From NCBI GenBank assembly GCA_973895155.1, contig OZ316894.1, forward strand, positions 3,992,944 to 4,056,943: DNA of 64,000 bases, written 5' to 3'. The position numbers were made by a program, and so were the translations under genes. Shown here piece by piece: positions 60,483-64,000 of this stretch. Under the pieces are notes generated by a model. It was not told where the DNA came from and ran no database searches. It was given only the letters and a program-made list of their open reading frames with translations. The DNA comes from Marsupella aquatica. Lineage: Eukaryota; Plantae; Marchantiophyta. Position 1 is the first letter of the stretch. Each line of letters opens with the position of its first letter.

Positions 60483-63285
60483 TAAAATAAGCTTGTGCGA
60501 ACTGCAACACACACTTGATTTAATATATTTATTTGAATCCTTCATTCCCAGTAAAATGTCTCCCATAACTTCTACATGCAGAGGGAGGCAGCACGAACTG
60601 GTCCGGGCAATTCTGAATTAGCAGATCGGATCTTCGTCCGACCCCTGCACGGCCAAAGACCTTTAATTTCCTGGTGGGGTTGGAACCAAGAACTCCACCA
60701 AGAAATGTGGCCACTTCAGAGGATTTTTTTACAGAGGTTGAGCATTCCCTTCACATCGTGAAGGCTTGTCTCGATTATGAGCGGCTGATCGAACAGTCAG
60801 GCCACTTCAAAATTGGTCCATCGAACATTCTTTTGGGTAGATGGCAGTTTTGGGGCTCACTGCCCACCATTGCGTGCTGTCCTGGCCTGTTAGAATGTCT
60901 CCAGCACAGATCCCTTACCAATCAGATCACTCACATCGTATGAGGCTGCTCATGTAGATTCAGAAGTTCTGTTAACGGCTTCTGGCCTCAAAGAGATGCC
61001 TTGACTCGTACTTAACCAAAGCTAATCCATTGCACGTTAACTCACCTGTAATAGAGCTTGATCCGTATGCTCTTTGCCTACTCGTCGGTGACAACGGACG
61101 AAACTGCATGTGACAACGGACCAATCTGCGACTCCGCATTGTGTTTGATGCTGACCAGCGATAGGTTCTCCCTCGCCTTTATTTACAGAACTAGCAAAGA
61201 GAACATAGAAGCCGAGTTATTCTATTTTGGGTCGGGAAAGGAGTATGTAAAATGGGAATAAAAGGGAGTTCCGAGAGAGTGTTCCATTCATTGTGGCATC
61301 TTGTATTCAGCTTCGTGAATCGCCTGGAGGATTACTTCGTGTTGTCAAGTAAGACAATAGACGGACATTTCGTTCAGAAACGTGACATTTCACATTTCAT
61401 TCTGTTCACTGTGAAGCTTGTGCTACTGTACAGTGGGTATCGACTTTTGCGTGCAATTTGGTGGCCGGGTAATCAAAGGCGTTGAAACCAAAGAGTTTTC
61501 GTCGTCGTGTGCGATATAGGCAAGGAGATGGCCTTGTTTAATGGGCCGATGGAAGGTCGTGCCACCCAGCACAACTTAGCTGGGTTGCTGGATGCCTCTG
61601 TCGAGAAATATCTCGATGACATTTTTAAGAGTATTGGCAAGGAGCTCGCTATAAGTCACCTTGGACCCTCGGATCAAACTGTTCGTGGAGTTCTTCATTG
61701 TGAGTCGGGTGATTCTTTGCTTGGAGCGATCGGGGCACCCTTGGCAAGACAAGGTGTGATTGGCGGAAGTGGCGACTTCGGACATCATGTGGGTGATTGT
61801 ATTTCTTGGATATGTAAGACGCCTGAGGAGGGGGGCCCATGCGCTGCTGCTTTCTGTAGGCTGTGTACCCAGTCCGGAGCACTGTTCGCATCCATATGTA
61901 TCTCAGACTTCGGTTGTTGTATCGGATGGGACTATTAGCTAGCTAGCTAACCTAATTGGGTTAGAATTACATTCCTTAGTGGGTTAGATAATTAAGTGGT
62001 CCGACTACAAACCACAACTGGATTCAGTCGTCCAGGATGTATAACATTAAGAGATGCTATTGGATCACAAATGATGTAAATAGAATTTTTTTCCGGTGGT
62101 TTCATGAGCCAATTGGCAGAAATGATCTCATTCCAAATTATTCCAATCATTTGCTACTTCAATGTGTTGCTCAACTATTAACTCAAAACTTACGGACCCT
62201 ACATTATTACTGGAAGTTCATGTCATTCCTATGAGGCTGCTCGAAGTTTTCAATGGAAGAACACTCAATAACCTTGGAGCTGATGAAACCTGAAGAAACC
62301 TTCCGTCCTCTGCTCGCACCCCCGTCTGAAGCTCGTGAGTCAACTCCACTTCTTCATCAGGCCTCCCCAACTTGACCCAAACTTTCGGTGCAGTCGGGGT
62401 CGTCATAGGGGCCAGATCGGTGGTCTCCATCCAGTCACCGTTGGAATTGAAGCACGAACGTTACTTACCACCTTGACCGTCTTGTGTACATCTCCTTCGG
62501 ATCTTCTCCCTTACGCCGTGCCATCCGTCATCATCACTCTGTTCCACCAGATTTCTCGGGCAGACCCAATTTCGAGAAAGTTTGCCGTTCTGAAAACGGA
62601 ACAAACAGCTCAGGGTTGTGCGTGACCGTTTGCATGGACAACTTGTGCAGAGCTAAATTCTGCTGAGTGGGCCGAAAGCTGATCGAGTCAAAGGCATTGT
62701 AGTCCTTGTCCGTGCCTCCAATCTGGCTTTATGTCGGGGAAATATTTTCATTGAATTCATTGGGCATAGAATATTTTCATTGACTTCATTGGGCATAGCG
62801 CAGCTGCAGTGCAGGCAAGTCCTTCAATCTTCTACTGGGGAAGCTATCCAATAGGGCTACTACGTAGCCATTTCCTGGAGGTTTGCCATTTCCTGGAAGG
62901 TTCCCCTGACTGAAATGTTAGGGGCCGCATTGCGCACGAAAAATCTGCAATTCCCGCGAACCATGGTCGTCAGTAACTCGTGAGGTCGGGGCACCAACGT
63001 CCTGGCAAAGAATCGTTGTGCAAGAAATGCATCTTTCACGAATGGTCAGCGCTCTTTTAAATATCAATGGTGGGCACTGTTCTGCGCGGGCGTGGTGTGG
63101 CCCATCTCAAAGTAAAACCCGGGCGAGGCAAATTTGACTGATGGGCACATTTTCTCCAGCACCAGTCCTAAAATTCTTTGGAATTTGCAAATTTGAGACA
63201 CCCTTTCCTCCGCCTGCAATGCGTGTTGGCCAATATCTGATTTGCGTGACTTTGGAGTCCAATATTGTAGAACCAGGCTACATTA
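60483..63285 (-). repeat. Further copy of module M, ending near 63285 without an adjacent dioxygenase 3' end
   Basis: 60110-61450 is almost identical to 46430-47760. Similarity stops after gtagaaccaggctaca at ~63282. Confidence 0.85.
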
Positions 63286-64000
63286 ATAGGGAAGCAAAAT
63301 TGCTGGGTGAAGTTCATGAGGTACTCCTTCGTCGCCTCCAGCTAATCACAAAAGCCAGTTGCAGCTGCCCCAATTATATCCCGAGATTTTTCAGATAATA
63401 CTCTAAGCCACTTCTTCATCTTTGACAAGTACGAGATTCACAATGCAATGACAGCGGGGGTGACGGCCCTTAAACGACCCATCATCCAACTTACAAATCG
63501 CAGAAGTCAAGCCCTTAAACGACCTATCATCCCACATACAAATCGCGTCTGCTTTTTACAGTCAAGCAAATGTGTGCCACTTGATGAAGACTATCCTAAT
63601 GAAATGGTGAATGTTCGAAAAGGACGGTCGGCTTTAAAGATATCTGAAGACCTCACAATAAAAATTCAGTAAAGATACACTCAATTCAATTGGAACCTGA
63701 GAAGTCTTCTCCAAAAGCACAATAGTTTTTGGGGAGATTCTAACCCAAAAAGTGGTCCAGAATCTCAAAAAGGGTGTTCTTGTTGGGCCAACCTGCGAAG
63801 TGACTAGAAGTATACTAAACGGAAATTGAAAAAGTCACAGTCACAAGGTCTCACTGAAAATCTCAAAAGAGTACCAGTGTCTACAATTGAGATTTCACCC
63901 TAGATTTCACAAAATCTTAAATATATCAGACCTCTGGATCGTTTTCATCCAATGAAAAGTGTCCTAAAGTGGGTCTTCCAATGCATCAAATGCACTTATT

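Noticed and set aside
63448-63672. 74-aa ORF with a duplicated ALKRPII motif
   Set aside because: Arises from a ~45-bp direct duplication. No coding evidence.

Overview
Eukaryotic plant genomic DNA, repeat-rich and with spliced genes. A non-seed plant (bryophyte or lycophyte) is suggested by the TE types, but this is inference only. Host genes: a 4-exon USP-domain gene (31-1726, -) and three copies of a 4-exon gibberellin-oxidase-like 2-oxoglutarate/Fe(II) dioxygenase. Copy 1 (+) is intact; copy 2 (-) carries an 8.1-kb PIF/Harbinger transposon in intron 1; copy 3 (-) has a premature stop and looks chimeric. The copies alternate with an unidentified repeated module. Mobile DNA: Helitron 3' ends with minisatellites and a helicase remnant, Harbinger and hAT-type MITEs with exact target-site duplications (TSDs), a full-length Ty1/Copia element, a Copia gag remnant, a retroposed insert, and a degenerate Ty3/Gypsy pol. 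The most striking signals are (i) the Gypsy pol, which carries a DNMT3-like cytosine methyltransferase domain upstream of RT and a PHD finger after integrase, and (ii) the Harbinger element, which carries two extra unassigned ORFs besides its transposase and Myb/SANT-like gene. All calls were made by eye; no database searches were run.
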